Source: Octopus bimaculoides (lineage: Eukaryota). From it: a stretch of 54,623 bases of DNA. Made by a program: the position numbers and the translations under genes. The DNA lies in NCBI RefSeq assembly GCF_001194135.2, contig NC_068986.1, positions 7,024,193-7,078,815 of the forward strand. Reading direction: 5' to 3'. The notes beneath the pieces were generated by a model, which was not told the origin of the DNA, searched no databases, and worked only from the letters and a program-made list of their open reading frames with translations. This document shows, piece by piece, positions 24,601 through 36,791 of the stretch (position 1 is the first letter of the stretch; each line of letters opens with the position of its first letter).

Positions 24601-26380
24601 GCATCCTTCAAATCTGCTAAATAACTAAATTTACAATTATTAAATATAAAATAAATCTAAAAGGATTTGTTTGTTTCATTTTATCTTTAAGCCACAGGAA
24701 AAGTCTAATGATTTAAAAACTTGGAATGATCAAAGAGGTTGAATTGCTAAGAAGATATCTGATTGAAAAGAAAGTTTTCCTAAACTCTTATTATAATAAA
24801 GGTTGTTTAAATTATGAAATTTAATTATCATAAATTGACAGTTTTCAGGAAATATTTTTTCTAATTAATTTATGTTATGCAAGAGAGAAAAACAAATAAA
24901 ATGAAAATAGTATTTTGATGAAGTTTTAAACAGTAATAAAGTAACATTTTGAAATAAAAAATAAATTAGTAACTACAGCATTAATTATGATTGATAAAAC
25001 TAAGCAAGTTAAAGCAGTGATTAACTATTTGCAATAATAATAATAATGATAATAATAATTCATATAACACATTTCATTTGGTGAGACAAGAGACAAGGAG
25101 GGTATGGGAGAACAACTCACAAATAGCAAAAGCTCTTGCAGCAAGTTTTTAGTCTTTCATCGTCAGTTTTAAAATGAAAAGTTCATCACCTTAAAATGGG
25201 AAAGAAAAACATGCAGAGAAAATGGAAATGATTTATTTATGACATTAAACAAATGACAATTTCGAAATAGTTTGTCAGTTAAAAACAATAATTAACTGTG
25301 CTTCTGAAAACATTAGTTATTTAATGGCAGATTTACAACTAGATAACAGAGACTGAAGAAGCAACAAAAGGGATTTAATAAACTTTGTAACCTATTTATT
25401 GCATCTCCACTATCCCTCATACAAAAACAAATAAAATAAAATAATTATGAAAAAAAAAAAAGCTGTAGTATAAAGTACACTAAAGGGCTATGTTTGTAAC
25501 AGTGCAATAATAATTGGCAGGAAGTTTTTTTTTGTTTTTGTTTCTTTTTTGTTTTGTTTTTTTTTTTTTTGCAAATAATAAAATGTGAAGAAATATATTA
25601 GAAACACAAGACAGTGAGGAAAAATAAATGTGACCAAAAAATAATTCTGTTAAGATATTTAATGTCAATAAGGTGATAATCATTAGGAACAGAAGCTGGG
25701 AGAAGAGTGTGGGGCACAGAAAAACATATATTAATGAAGCTGATGCCGAAAACTGACATTAAAAGTTTCCTTTCAGATACAAACATCTACTTGGAAAATG
25801 TTACTGATTTTGCCCCTCTAATATTTATTAAGAAAATAAATTATTTTTATTCAATTTGTGTAGAAGGAAGAAAGAATATCATAATATTACGGCAATCAAG
25901 GGATGCATTACATTTATGAATTAATTATATAACTAGAAATACAATATTAAAAATATTTTTAAATATATAGATATCAATATGGAATATTAAAAATATTTTT
26001 TTGCATTATTTCCATTATTTTAGCCAAAAAAAAAATTCATTGAATGATAAAAGCTGAATGTATTATATATTATGTCACATTATTTAAAAATTCATAATTT
26101 GTCCATTGGTGCTGAAAAGTAATTACTCCATCACTAAGTACTTTGATAAATAAGATGAAAAGAAAAGATATGGGCTGATCCATTGACATAATTACGTAAT
26201 AAAAAAAAAATGGAACTAACTTATTAGAGAGTAAATTAATATTGAAATAAATTTTTCAGAAAAAAAATGTTAATCAAAATAAAAAATTTACAATGATATT
26301 AACTGAAATTATTCAGTAAATAAGTGTGTATGAAAACAATGGAAATTACAGTACTTTAATTTAAAAAAAAACAAATAATA

Positions 26381-26900
26381 ATAATGGTTTCTAATTTAGG
26401 AAGAAGGCCAGTAATTTTGAGGGAACGGGGATTAGTCAATACTGTTGACCCCAGCACTTAGCTGGTCCTTTATTTTATCAACCCTGGAAGGATGAAAGGC
26501 AAAGTCAGCCATGGCAAGATTCAAACTCAGAATGAAAAGAGCCACAATAAACTACAGCAAACATTTTCCCCCCCTGGTGCTCTAACAACAACTCTACTAG
26601 TTCACTGCCTTCTTAATAATGGTTTCTAATTTAGATTAAGGCCAGCAATTCTGAGGAGAAAGGGCTAGTGGGTATCTTTGACTTCTTTATCAACCATGGA
26701 AAGATGAAAGGCAAAGTTGACCTTGGCAGGATTTGAAACCAAAATGTAAAGAGCTCTAACTAAATACCACAACGTATTTTGTTTGATGCTCTACCAATTC
26801 TGCCAATCTATATAATAAGTGTGTCTGATTTAGGTGCAAGGCCAACAACTTTAGGGAAAGAGGATTAGTCGATTAAATCAATCCTAGTACTTGACTGATG
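26381..26900 (-). mobile_element. Three tandem degenerate family D SINE copies
   Basis: Repeated tctaatttag...aaggcca...gattagtc...gatgaaaggcaaagt motifs starting at about 26381, 26613 and 26815. Confidence 0.65.
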
Positions 26901-27819
26901 GTGGTGGTAGTAGTAGTAGTAGTAAAAGTTGAAGTTAGAAATTAATTTTAAAATGCTTACAAATCTTATTTTAAAGAATAAAATGAAAGAAAATACCTAA
27001 GAAATAGCATTTATTCCTAATTTAATAGCTAAGCAGTGATGACAACTGATGATGATGGTGATGATGAATAGATAGATAGACAGACAGATTAAATAGAAAC
27101 ATTTTCCAGTAGTGTCTCACAGCCTAACGGTGACTGTCAGAAAGCCCCAAACCTCCATTTTGAATAGAAGTTGTATTAAATGACAATTTGAGGGCTTTGC
27201 TTTTCTCAAGAGAAAATATGTCGACAAATACTAACATCAGTTCCAATGCAGCTCATGACAAAACACTGAGGTACTGTGAGTAATGAAAGAAGGTCACAAA
27301 CGGTGAGAAAGAAAGTTGCCAAATAAATTATTGAATTCAATTTTTCTTTACACTATGATAAATACATAAATAGGGGTGGGATTATTTTTTGTATTTTGTA
27401 TTTTTTTTATACTTCTTTTTTTCTTCTTTTTTCTTTTTTCATTTTTTTTTTTTTTCATTTTTGTTTTTTGCAAATTAGTTTATTACAGTATCCATATACC
27501 CAGTAAATTTGGATAAAAGGAGCAGAGGTTAGCAAGAAGAGACAGAGGGGAAGGGGTCAATATGTGCTACACTTGGTTTTAGTCATCTTATGCTCCCTGT
27601 GAAATACAGTAAGAATGAACTGAGCTACTGATGAAATAGCTTGTTTTCTTCAACCTTTCATGATATGATAATACATTTAAACACAAACCACAATAACAGA
27701 GTCCCCTCAGTGTATTCCAGTCGCTTCAAACATAGCAGATATTAGCAAAATAGGTTGTATTTAATTGATTTGCTTTGAAGGGCCCAAACCACCTGGAATA
27801 TATATATACATATATGCAC

Positions 27820-27960
27820 AATCATGAATGTGTATGTATTACATGTCTGTATGCATTTAAATACTCACACACATATACACACACAGTTCACACACGCAGT
27901 TCACACACACACAGTTCACACACACACACATATATGTGTATGTGTGTATACATAGAAAGT
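27820..27960. repeat. Compound (CA)/(TA)/(TG) low-complexity tract
   Basis: Directly visible. Confidence 0.85.
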
Positions 27961-28441
27961 GTCTATGTGCAGTATGTAAAGATATGAAAAAATGTGAAGA
28001 TATTTACAATGATGAAAAATGATGTGGTGAAGCATTTCTTAATTGTTAAGTTTGTCTTTTTATTCTTTTCTGATTAAACACTTTTCTCCATTTTGTTTCC
28101 TTTAAATATATTCATTGTGTTACTTATATATTTCCTCTGCTCAGTTTGGGTTTGTAGTTTTTACTTTTATCAATTAAAGATCTCAAATATTGATAGTAAG
28201 ACTAGAAGTTAAGGATAGTCGTCTTCTTTGTTCTTTAGAACTAAAGAAAAGTTATGTGTGAATATCAATAAATTTATCATGGCTGTCTCCTGTAGTCTTA
28301 CACATTAACTAAGATTGAGAAAGAAATAGTGGGGAGATGAAAAGTTACAACAGATAAAACTGCATGATATAGGCACCTGGAGGTGGATGATGGTGTTGAC
28401 CAATCGGACACAGCACTGAAATACAAATATCACATTCACTG

Positions 28442-29700
28442 CTATGTATTTTCCCCAGATGAGTTCAATTGTGTTATAGAGCCAGGTTTTGCTCCTTGCT
28501 TCTTTTCAGTCCGTGTTCTTTGGGCTCCCCCATGGGAAGTCCCCATGGAATGTGGTAATGAAGTAAATGTCAAATCTTGTTTATATTCCCCTGAATCTAA
28601 GTGTGAATTTAACTGAAATTTAGCAGAGCTGCCAGGCGGTGGTCCAGAATCCATGTTCTGAACAAATGGTATTCTTCCTGATGAAGGCAAGCCATTGTAA
28701 TAGTGAATAGGGATTCCAGCAGTCACTCCACCAGAGGACCAGATTCCAGGCCGAATAGAGCCACTTTGCATTGACAATAATGTTGGAAGAATGGCAGTTT
28801 GAGAAGATGGCATCTGAATACTAGTGGTAGTCAACTGAGTTGAGGTTTGGGAGTTGATGTTTACATGAACTGGCAAACCAGTTTGAGCTGATGTGACTGC
28901 TGCAGCATGAGCAGAAATGGTTCGCGTTCCTTCTTGGCAATTAGCTTGTTGTGATGTTGCAGCTGCTAATGAAGATTCAGATGAAGACAAAGGTTTTGGC
29001 TCAACAGAAACCTGCTGAGGTGCCATGCCTCCAAGTGAAGTATTTCCTTCTATGGCTGTTTCTTTAGAAGTGGTAGTCAAAACAGTTCGATTGTTTGAAG
29101 CAGACCTGTATATTGAAGAGGAAAGGTGTGAAACATTTGTTGAAAGTTGAGAAGATGTTAAGGCCAAATCTGAAGCTATAGATTGAGTAGATGCTAATGG
29201 TACATGCTTACTATTAATAAAGAGGTTGTTACAATTTGATAATGGTTGATCTGAAAGTGATGATGGCACTGAGGCCATGTTGAAATTAATCCAACCATAT
29301 GGCAAAACTGAAGTTCCTCCATTTGATGTAGCAGTTGTAATGGAACCAACTGGCTGGTTGATCACTTGACCAGACATAGGCAGAGAATTAGCTGTTAAAT
29401 CAGAACTATCAAGAACATTCAAATTATCTTTCATAAGCTCTGAAGCTAGACCATTCCCAGTAGTCAAAGTAGTGGCAGTGACAGGAACTGTATTAGGCTG
29501 GACAGAATTCAAAAGTGAATCTGCAATATGTTTGGTCCATTCTTCATCATTAACATCCATCAACTGGGAAGATTGATCACCAACTCTGGACAATTTATCA
29601 AGCTTTTCTTTAGCATCCCGAATATCTTTATAAGCTGCTGCTAATGCACGTTCAAGATCTTCAGATTCTTCCTTTGTAGGATCATATTCTCCATTTCGGC
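28442..29700 (-). CDS. INO80D: INO80D terminal coding exon (GRNGEYDPTKEESEDLERALAAA...SSGENT*)
   Basis: ctttacaacag|GC acceptor. Matches human GKNGDLLPTTEEAEELERALQAV, followed by a long S/T-rich tail; stop TAG at 28442-28444. Confidence 0.92.
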
Positions 29701-29843
29701 CTGTTGTAAAGAAAGCAGAAAAAGAGAGAAAATTCAAGTTTTTTTCTTTTCATGATTTACTTTGAAGGAAATATAAAACTTTTATTGAATATCAGCTTCA
29801 AAAATCATGATGACAGAACAATGGAATTATTGCTAATATTTAC

Positions 29844-29948
29844 CTGAAAATATGTCAAATGTATCATTGTTGAAAACCTCTTGTAAATCTTGTTCTAGGA
29901 GCTTGGATGCTTGATCAAGTGGCAATTCAAAGGATTTATCTATGGAGT
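29844..29948 (-). CDS. INO80D: INO80D exon (DSIDKSFELPLDQASKLLEQDLQEVFNNDTFDIFS)
   Basis: ttctttttgtag|AC acceptor and G|gtaaat donor; 105 bp. The junction gives FDIFSGRNG, matching human FDFFEGKNG. Confidence 0.9.
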
Positions 29949-30011
29949 CTACAAAAAGAAAGAATAACGTTTATTCATTAAAAATTTCCAAAGTAACTTT
30001 ACTTTAAACAT

Positions 30012-30347
30012 GCTGAGACCCCCCCCCCCTTCGGTCATGACTGATTGCACCTAGAAAGTTACCCTCCCAGGCACAAGTCCAAGCAAGGTTGTTTATGGAA
30101 GACCAGCAGTCACCCATGCATACCAGCCTACCCTCTCCAGGCCACCGATGTTATCCAAGGGAAAGGCAAAATGCGATACAGCTTGGCACCTGTGACGTCA
30201 CAACTCATTTCTACAGCTGAGTGAACAGGAGCAACGTGAAATAAAGCGTCTTACTCAAAAACACAACATGTAGCCCAGTCTGGGATTCGAACTCACAACC
30301 TCACATCGTAAGCTCAACGCTCTAACCACTGAGCCATGCGCCTTCAC
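30012..30347 (-). mobile_element. tRNA-derived SINE, family C, with TSD
   Basis: Head gaaggcgcatggctcagtggttagagcg...gagttcgaatccc (A/B boxes); TSD ACTTTAAACAT at 30001-30011 and 30348-30358. Confidence 0.88.
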
Positions 30348-30497
30348 ACTTTAAACATAAACTTCAAATAAATATATTCAACCCATTTGTAAAAATAAGA
30401 TTAAGATTGGTTTTTCAAGAATAATTGCAAAAGTGTTAAAAGCATATATTATATAGGGTTTACAGTGGTTATACTGGTGACTGTATGATGCAGCAAT

Positions 30498-30862
30498 GTT
30501 GTTGTTGTTGGCACTCCGTCACTTACAACGTCGAGGGTTCCAGTTGATCCGATCAACGTGCAAGTGGCTGAGCACTCCACAGACACGTGTACCCTTAACG
30601 TAGTTCTCGGGGATATACAGCGTGACACAATGTGACATGGCTGACCCTTTGAATTACAGGCACAACAGAAACAGGAAGTAAGGGTGAGAGAAAGTTGTGG
30701 CGAAAGAGTACAGCAGGGTTCGCCACCATCCCCTGCCGGAGCCTCGTGGAGCTTTAGGTGTTTTCACTCAATAAACACTCACAATGCCCGGTCTGGGAAT
30801 CGAAACCGCGATCCTATGACCGCAAGTCTGCTGTCCTAACCACTGGGCCATTGCGCCTCCAC
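30498..30862 (-). mobile_element. SINE family B with intact TSD
   Basis: 13-bp TSD ATGATGCAGCAAT at 30485-30497 and 30863-30875; (AAC)n tail; tRNA-like head. Confidence 0.92.
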
Positions 30863-31214
30863 ATGATGCAGCAATAATGTTAAATGTAAAGGAGATAAGG
30901 AGTGGAATGGGTGAACATAGAAAATGAAGTTAATTAGAGGAATAATTAGAACAAAATTAATACAAATAAAGTCAAGCTGGAAAGAATAAATACAGTCATG
31001 TCAAAAGTAATTAGACTATAAGGGAGAACTCACTGAAAAAATATTTTCTCTGTTTAAACTCCAAAATAAAGGAGTTCAAAAAACTAAATATTATAAAAAC
31101 ACAAAATTTCTTTGTACAAATATAGACGATACAAAAACAACCCCAAAAAGCTAGGAAATAGCTTTTTTTCTTTCTAAATTTAATTAAACTGAAATATAGA
31201 GAAGGATTGATCAC

Positions 31215-31370
31215 CTGGAGAAAATCCACCATCTAGAACAGATCCAAGGTCCTGGAAATTTTTACTTAATTTAGCAAAGTCAATATGATTAAGCTCTGCA
31301 CTGGAACCAACAGCTGAACTACTTGTGACAGGAGGAAGATCCATAGGGAGGTGTAGAGAAATAGATGTCC
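31215..31370 (-). CDS. INO80D: INO80D exon (RTSISLHLPMDLPPV...DGGFSP)
   Basis: tatttttcag|GG acceptor and G|gtgatc donor; 156 bp, phase 1 to 1, open frame. Confidence 0.82.
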
Positions 31371-32077
31371 CTGAAAAATATTTAATTACTCATATACAGT
31401 GGCTATTACATCATCAAAATATCATTTTAACTCAAACAATAAAACATACTTTTTGAATGCCATTCTCACAAAAAAAAAAAAAAAATGCCCTTCCTAATGC
31501 CAACCCTCATACATTTCCAAATAAGGAAATGGGTGAGACATGTCTCAGAAGATTAGAAACAAAGAACATTGCTTATGTGATGTTGACATTCACAACTACC
31601 ATGTAATGTCAAAACAAGGAGACAGTGACACATACACACACAGATGAGTGTGTGTATATGCATGCGTATACACAACATACAGATCATCATTGTTATTATG
31701 TCCATATCCTTTGTTTCATTTAACATTTGTATTTCTATGCAAGCAAGACTTTGATAGATTTTGATGGTTGGATGCTCTTCTTGTGAGTCCTTAACTGTTT
31801 TCCAAGTAATGGTGGTGGTGGCGTGAGAACAAAAGTAGATAGACAGAAACAATAGATTTGTAAGAGGAAATAGGGTTCTATAGAACACTTTAAAGAATGT
31901 AGAGAGACATACTTTTATACAAATATACATACATTACATCATAAACACAGACTTTCCCCACATATATTATACCCACGCAACATAGATATCCATGTATGTA
32001 TGACAGAGAGGGAGAGATAACTAGAAAATAACACAGAGTACAAAGAAAATGTTGGTTAAATAACATTAAAAATCCTT

Positions 32078-32250
32078 TCTACTGAAATTTTAGGGGAGCA
32101 GATAAGTCAATTACATTAATCTCAGTATTCAACTGGTACTTATGAAAGACAAAATTGAACTCAGTAAAATTTGAACCCAGAACCAAGTCAGAAGAAATGA
32201 ACCAAAGCATTTTGTTTGGCATGGTAACAATTCTGTCAGCTTACTGCCTT
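32078..32250 (-). mobile_element. Degenerate family D SINE
   Basis: aactggtactt...aatttgaacccagaac...ctgtcagcttactgcctt motifs. Confidence 0.55.
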
Positions 32251-32419
32251 TAAATAACATTAATAACACAATGTGGTAAAACAACAGAGAGCATACAAGT
32301 GATGTGCATCTTACTTTCTATTTATGGTTTGCCTTGTACTCTGTGAAAAAAAGTGAAAAAAATACACATTGGAAATTATAAGAGATAATAAAAAGCAATA
32401 ATTTATGACTATTTCTTAC

Positions 32420-32635
32420 GTTTTGGGGGAGGTAAGTTTGGTAATAAATTACCAGTCTTTTCTGGTGCACTTAGAAGAGAATCCTGAAGTATACTAGATG
32501 TGTCAAGTACAGCGGTAGTAATTGGTGGAATTGAAGACTGGCTTGTAGTAACTACAGTTTTAGCTGCAGCAGTAGCATTATTGGCAGTTGCACTAGATGC
32601 AGAGGCAACAATATTTGGTGACTCATCCACTGAAA
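32420..32635 (-). CDS. INO80D: INO80D exon (VSVDESPNIVASASS...NLPPPK)
   Basis: ttttgttcag|TT acceptor and C|gtaaga donor; 216 bp, phase 1 to 1. Confidence 0.85.
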
Positions 32636-33407
32636 CTGAACAAAACATTAATCCTAAAATGCAATTTCCATTTAATATAAAAATAACTCATGCATAACTT
32701 TATTTTTTTAAAATTTCAACTTGTAAACATTCTAATCTACTATCAAAAAGCTTTGTCTTCCTCTCTACAATACATGCTGCAGTTGACAGAGATAATTTTC
32801 TTAGCTAATTTGCTTTAAGTCCAATGACCCCTTATATTATTAAAACAGTGTGACCATCAAACAATATTTTTTACAGAAATCTAAAAATCTTTCTCATGTA
32901 TTTGGAAATATTTTCTGAAACCAATTATTTTTTAATTAGTGTTAAATTTAACAATCACAATGATCTTTACTTTATACACATAATACATTCTATATTCCTT
33001 GACTTCTACTGGTTTTTGAAAGAGGTTCAACTACCTACAGCAAGAAAACAGCTCTTAATTCTATAAGACAACCTCTATGTTATTGGTGAAAATGAAACAC
33101 ACCATAATACTTGTGCATTTTTTAAAAATTACTGTTTAGAAAGAGGAATAGGCACAATACAGTTCCTTGTTCTTTGCTAATTATGAAGGGGTTCTCTAAG
33201 CAATATTTCTGTAGAAAAAGTTTCATCTGAAAATGGTGCTTTGAATCCAAAGGACAATGTATTTTGCTATTCAACTCTAAAGCCATGCATAGCAATTGAC
33301 AAAATTCACACGTAAAGATTTAGGCAAAAGTTTTAAGTAGTAAACTGAACAATTCTCTCTTTTAAGAATACTAGAAACTCTAAGACTAAAAGATTGCAAA
33401 TACTCAC

Positions 33408-33585
33408 CTGGTTCAGTGTTCTCTAGCCTCTCAGCACGACGAACAGATTCTTGTGGACGGACATTGCAACGTTGATTTTTCTTCTTCTTCTTTTTACTCT
33501 TTGTCTTTGTGAGAGCAGCTGGTTTAGGTTTCTTCCTTGGTCTTTTGTGTTTAGATTCATTGCTTTGAACTTTTTGATAATTGTC
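33408..33585 (-). CDS. INO80D: INO80D exon with basic, NLS-like segment (KRPRKKPKPAALTKTKSKKKKKK)
   Basis: atttag|GAC acceptor and G|gtgagt donor; 178 bp, phase 0 to 1. Resembles human RKPRKKTKPPALTKKHKKKRRR. Confidence 0.93.
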
Positions 33586-33662
33586 CTAAATGATAATTAA
33601 AAATCATTATTATTGAATAATTTTCAAGTATTATATCAAATTAGTAAAGATTGACTAAGACA

Positions 33663-33859
33663 CCATTTCGAGCGTGGCCGTTTTCGTGCGGGTGACACGT
33701 AAAAGCACCCACTACACTCTCAGAGTGGTTGGCGTTAGGAAGGGCATCCAGCTGTAGAAACTCTGCCAAATCAGATTGGAACCTGGTGTTGCCATCCGGT
33801 TTCACCAGTCCTCAGTCAAATCGTCCAACCCATGCTAGCATGGAAAGTAGACGTTAAAC

Positions 33860-33894
<35 letters not shown>

Positions 33895-33895
33895 C
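33663..33895 (+). mobile_element. Young RTE terminal module with long (GAT)n tail
   Basis: cacgtaaaagcacccactacactctc...catgctagcatggaaag...(gat)n. Confidence 0.88.
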
Positions 33896-35131
33896 TAAAT
33901 CAATGTGAACAAATATCAGACAATTGTAATGAGTTTAAAATGATATCAAAAAAAGCAATCTACATGACCTTGGCTATAGAACATAACCCTAAAAGAATTT
34001 TAAATCATTTGCTGGCTTTATTGCTAATGGCTCATATGTCTATTTGCTCTTTTATTCAATTGCTATCAGCTTAGTAGATGAGGAGGCTGATGATGACAGA
34101 TGATGAAAACAAGTATCACAGAGTAGCCATATGAAAGTTATAGAGAAAGATATCTACCTAGGTGGACAAATGACTATAAAATTGGGTGGTGGGGAGGGAT
34201 GAGTGTTACACTGGATTTTCCACTGTTGATTGTCATAGATGTTTGCATAAAAAATGAGATTTTATTTATTTGTTTGTTAATATTTTTATTAGCTTGTGAT
34301 TGTGTGATGTGATCTTTAGAAGAGATGGGCATGTAATGTTTATGGGCAAATACAGAAAGATGAGAGAAGAAAACAATATGAGGTGAGATAAGGAGGTCAA
34401 TGGATTTATCCATATTCTGGTGATTAGCACAATTATGTAGTGACTAACACTAGAGTGGGTAACAATTAAGAGTAAATGAAAATGTTTCTCTTCACACACT
34501 GCCAGAAATTCTTGCAGAAGAACAATAACAAGGCTTAACCTTGTTATTATTTACCAATTCAATTACACAAAATTACAATAAATTTATTTAAAATGTTTAA
34601 TACAAACAACTGAGGAAGCATAGCAAAGATATGCTCCTGTTTCGATGAGAAAGCAATAGGTTTTTATTATACTTCAAAGATTGATGAGACCTCAAGAAAA
34701 CGAATTAGAACAACTGGAACCATCTTCCCCTTCATGAGTGAGATAATCAAACCCCACAAAGCTTAAGTATTTAATGGGGATTTAGTGGGTTACTGAATGT
34801 GAACACACTAATTCCAATAAGCCTTGGCAACGTGTCACAGAGATGTTAAAAACTGTTTTAACAATAGCATTTAACAAAAACTGTTCAAGAGTTTCTAGTT
34901 TGAGGTCTAAGGACCAAAAGAGAACATTTCAAAATCCATTCTATTTAATAGAAGCAGAATTGAATGAATATAGCTATCTCCATATCATACTTAATGTAAA
35001 TATATTGGTGTATTAACACTAAGTATGATGCACCAATGAGTTTTATAATTTAATTTGGTTTCTATTGCAAATACTGGATCTTTATTCAGCTAAGTGGCTA
35101 TCCACAATACCAGTAAAAGTTTATTCATTAT

Positions 35132-35136
<5 letters not shown>

Positions 35137-35174
<38 letters not shown>

Positions 35175-35175
35175 C
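35137..35175. repeat. (TA)n microsatellite; similar tracts at 1-31, 8602-8641, 37545-37583, 40755-40790, 41175-41205, 47583-47608 and 54519-54573
   Basis: Directly visible. Confidence 0.95.
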
Positions 35176-35428
35176 AATGGAGGTAGCAAATATTGTTTAA
35201 ACATGTGACTGACCATGTTTATATGCCACTGACAAGGGCCAAATGCATCTAGTGCTCTCACTAGCCACTGCTGGAACGATTTTCGTCTTGCTCTGATATA
35301 TATCGTATTTTTAAGCACAGCACATCCATAAGATACATAATCTCTGGACAAATGCTGCAGCAAGTTTGCCTTTCAACAATCATCATCATGTGTAATAATA
35401 ATTAATTAAGAAACCATCAAATACTCAC

Positions 35429-35562
35429 AGCTTTTGCAGCATGCTCTTGACAAAGAGGTAAATCATGTTTGATGTCAAAAACTGGAACACAGCATTGCGT
35501 ATTGTCTGCAAATTTTGCTGTACAATAATCAAACAATTGCTGATCGACATTATACATGATAT
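35429..35562 (-). CDS. INO80D: INO80D exon, second half of the zf-C3Hc3H domain (IMYNVDQQLFDYCTAKFADNTQCCVPVFDIKHDLPLCQEHAAKA)
   Basis: tactacag|AT acceptor and GCT|gtgagt donor; 134 bp, phase 1 to 0. Strong match to human HILLNHSQQLFSSCTAKFADGQQCSVPVFDITHQTPLCEEHAKKM (recalled). Confidence 0.95.
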
Positions 35563-35690
35563 CTGTAGTACAATAAGGAAACAAAAGTGTTTAATATTCA
35601 GAAAGAACTTCATACATCAATGTATCTCTTGTAGCTTTATAGTCATTATTAGCTGCTTCAAAACTGGCACAGTCTGACATCACAATTTAT

Positions 35691-35795
35691 TTAACCCCTT
35701 TGATACCAACTTGCCCAAGACTTCCACTGATTCTATAGTACAAATTTCATGATTTAAAGCAATTTAAATTAAAACCTGTTGAAATTTCATTTTAA
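35691..35795 (+). mobile_element. Truncated piggyBac-type MITE left end (related copy at 20841-20930)
   Basis: TTAACCCCTTTGATACCAAC... versus TTAACTCTTAAAACCAACCC...; shared aaattaaa-cct motif; no right TIR found. Confidence 0.45.
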
Positions 35796-35799
35796 TCTA

Positions 35800-36200
35800 G
35801 GTTCACCCACATTGTACTTTGTGAGTATGTCCCCCAACACATCTCCACCATCATCTCTCTCTCCCTCTACCTTTCTCTGTAATTCTAGCTCTTTTCTCTT
35901 CTTTCTTTTCTTACTGGGTTAGCTAAGTATCTTCTCTTCTATAGTAAGACACCTCTCTCTATCCCTCTGTCATACTTTAACCTCACAACTGGCACAAAGC
36001 AAACTACCTCAATACTACTCATCCTCACAATTGAAGGGCCTTTGCCTTGCAAGTTACTTGGTTGACTCCTACCAGAGCTGGTGCCACATAAAAAGCACCC
36101 AGTACACTCTATGAAGTAGTTGGCATTAGGAAGGGCATCCAGCCATAGAAACTATGCCAAAACAGACAATGAAGCTTGGTCTAGCTGTCCATCTTACCAA
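35800..36200 (+). mobile_element. Internally deleted pyrimidine-rich RTE 3'UTR plus terminal module
   Basis: Shares motifs with 18620-19630 and 50050-51220. Confidence 0.65.
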
Positions 36201-36577
36201 TTCCTGTCGAACTATCCAGCCCATGCCAGCATGGAAAATGGATGTTAAATGATAATGATATTCCAAACAGTAGCTTAATAAAGGTAAAGTTATTTTTTTA
36301 AATTTTTCTTTTATTCAAAATTCACTGAAATAAGGACATTGTTTTTTAAAAGAAATATAGTAAGAAAAGGCTAATCAAAGGATGCTAAAAGCATTAAGTG
36401 AGCTTATTTCTGTTTTACAGCTTCGGCTATTGTGGACTCAATGTTAATTCTATGTATACATAATGGACACAACATACTAAAAATGTAAAATTCCTGTAGA
36501 ACCCAAACAAATCTCCTTTGTTAACAACTTGATATAATTATTGCCAGCTAACATCTGTTCAAAGAATGGTATATTAA

Positions 36578-36791
36578 CTCTTTAGCATTCAGATTTTTCT
36601 ACCAAATGTATTCTTATTTATTCGCATTGAATTAATCATGCATTATCTCATAGCTTTGAGATTTCAATAATGTGATTGTATATTTTCAGAATGACACTGT
36701 AGAGGAGGTGGGAGAAGCCAGATCTGGCCAGTTTGAGTATAAAGCAAAAAGAATATTTAGGCTAGATATGGCTGGTTTAAATGCTAAAGGA
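36578..36791. mobile_element. piggyBac-type MITE (~214 bp)
   Basis: TTAA at 36574-36577 and 36792-36795; imperfect TIRs CTCTTTAGCATT / AATGCTAAAGGA. Confidence 0.75.
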
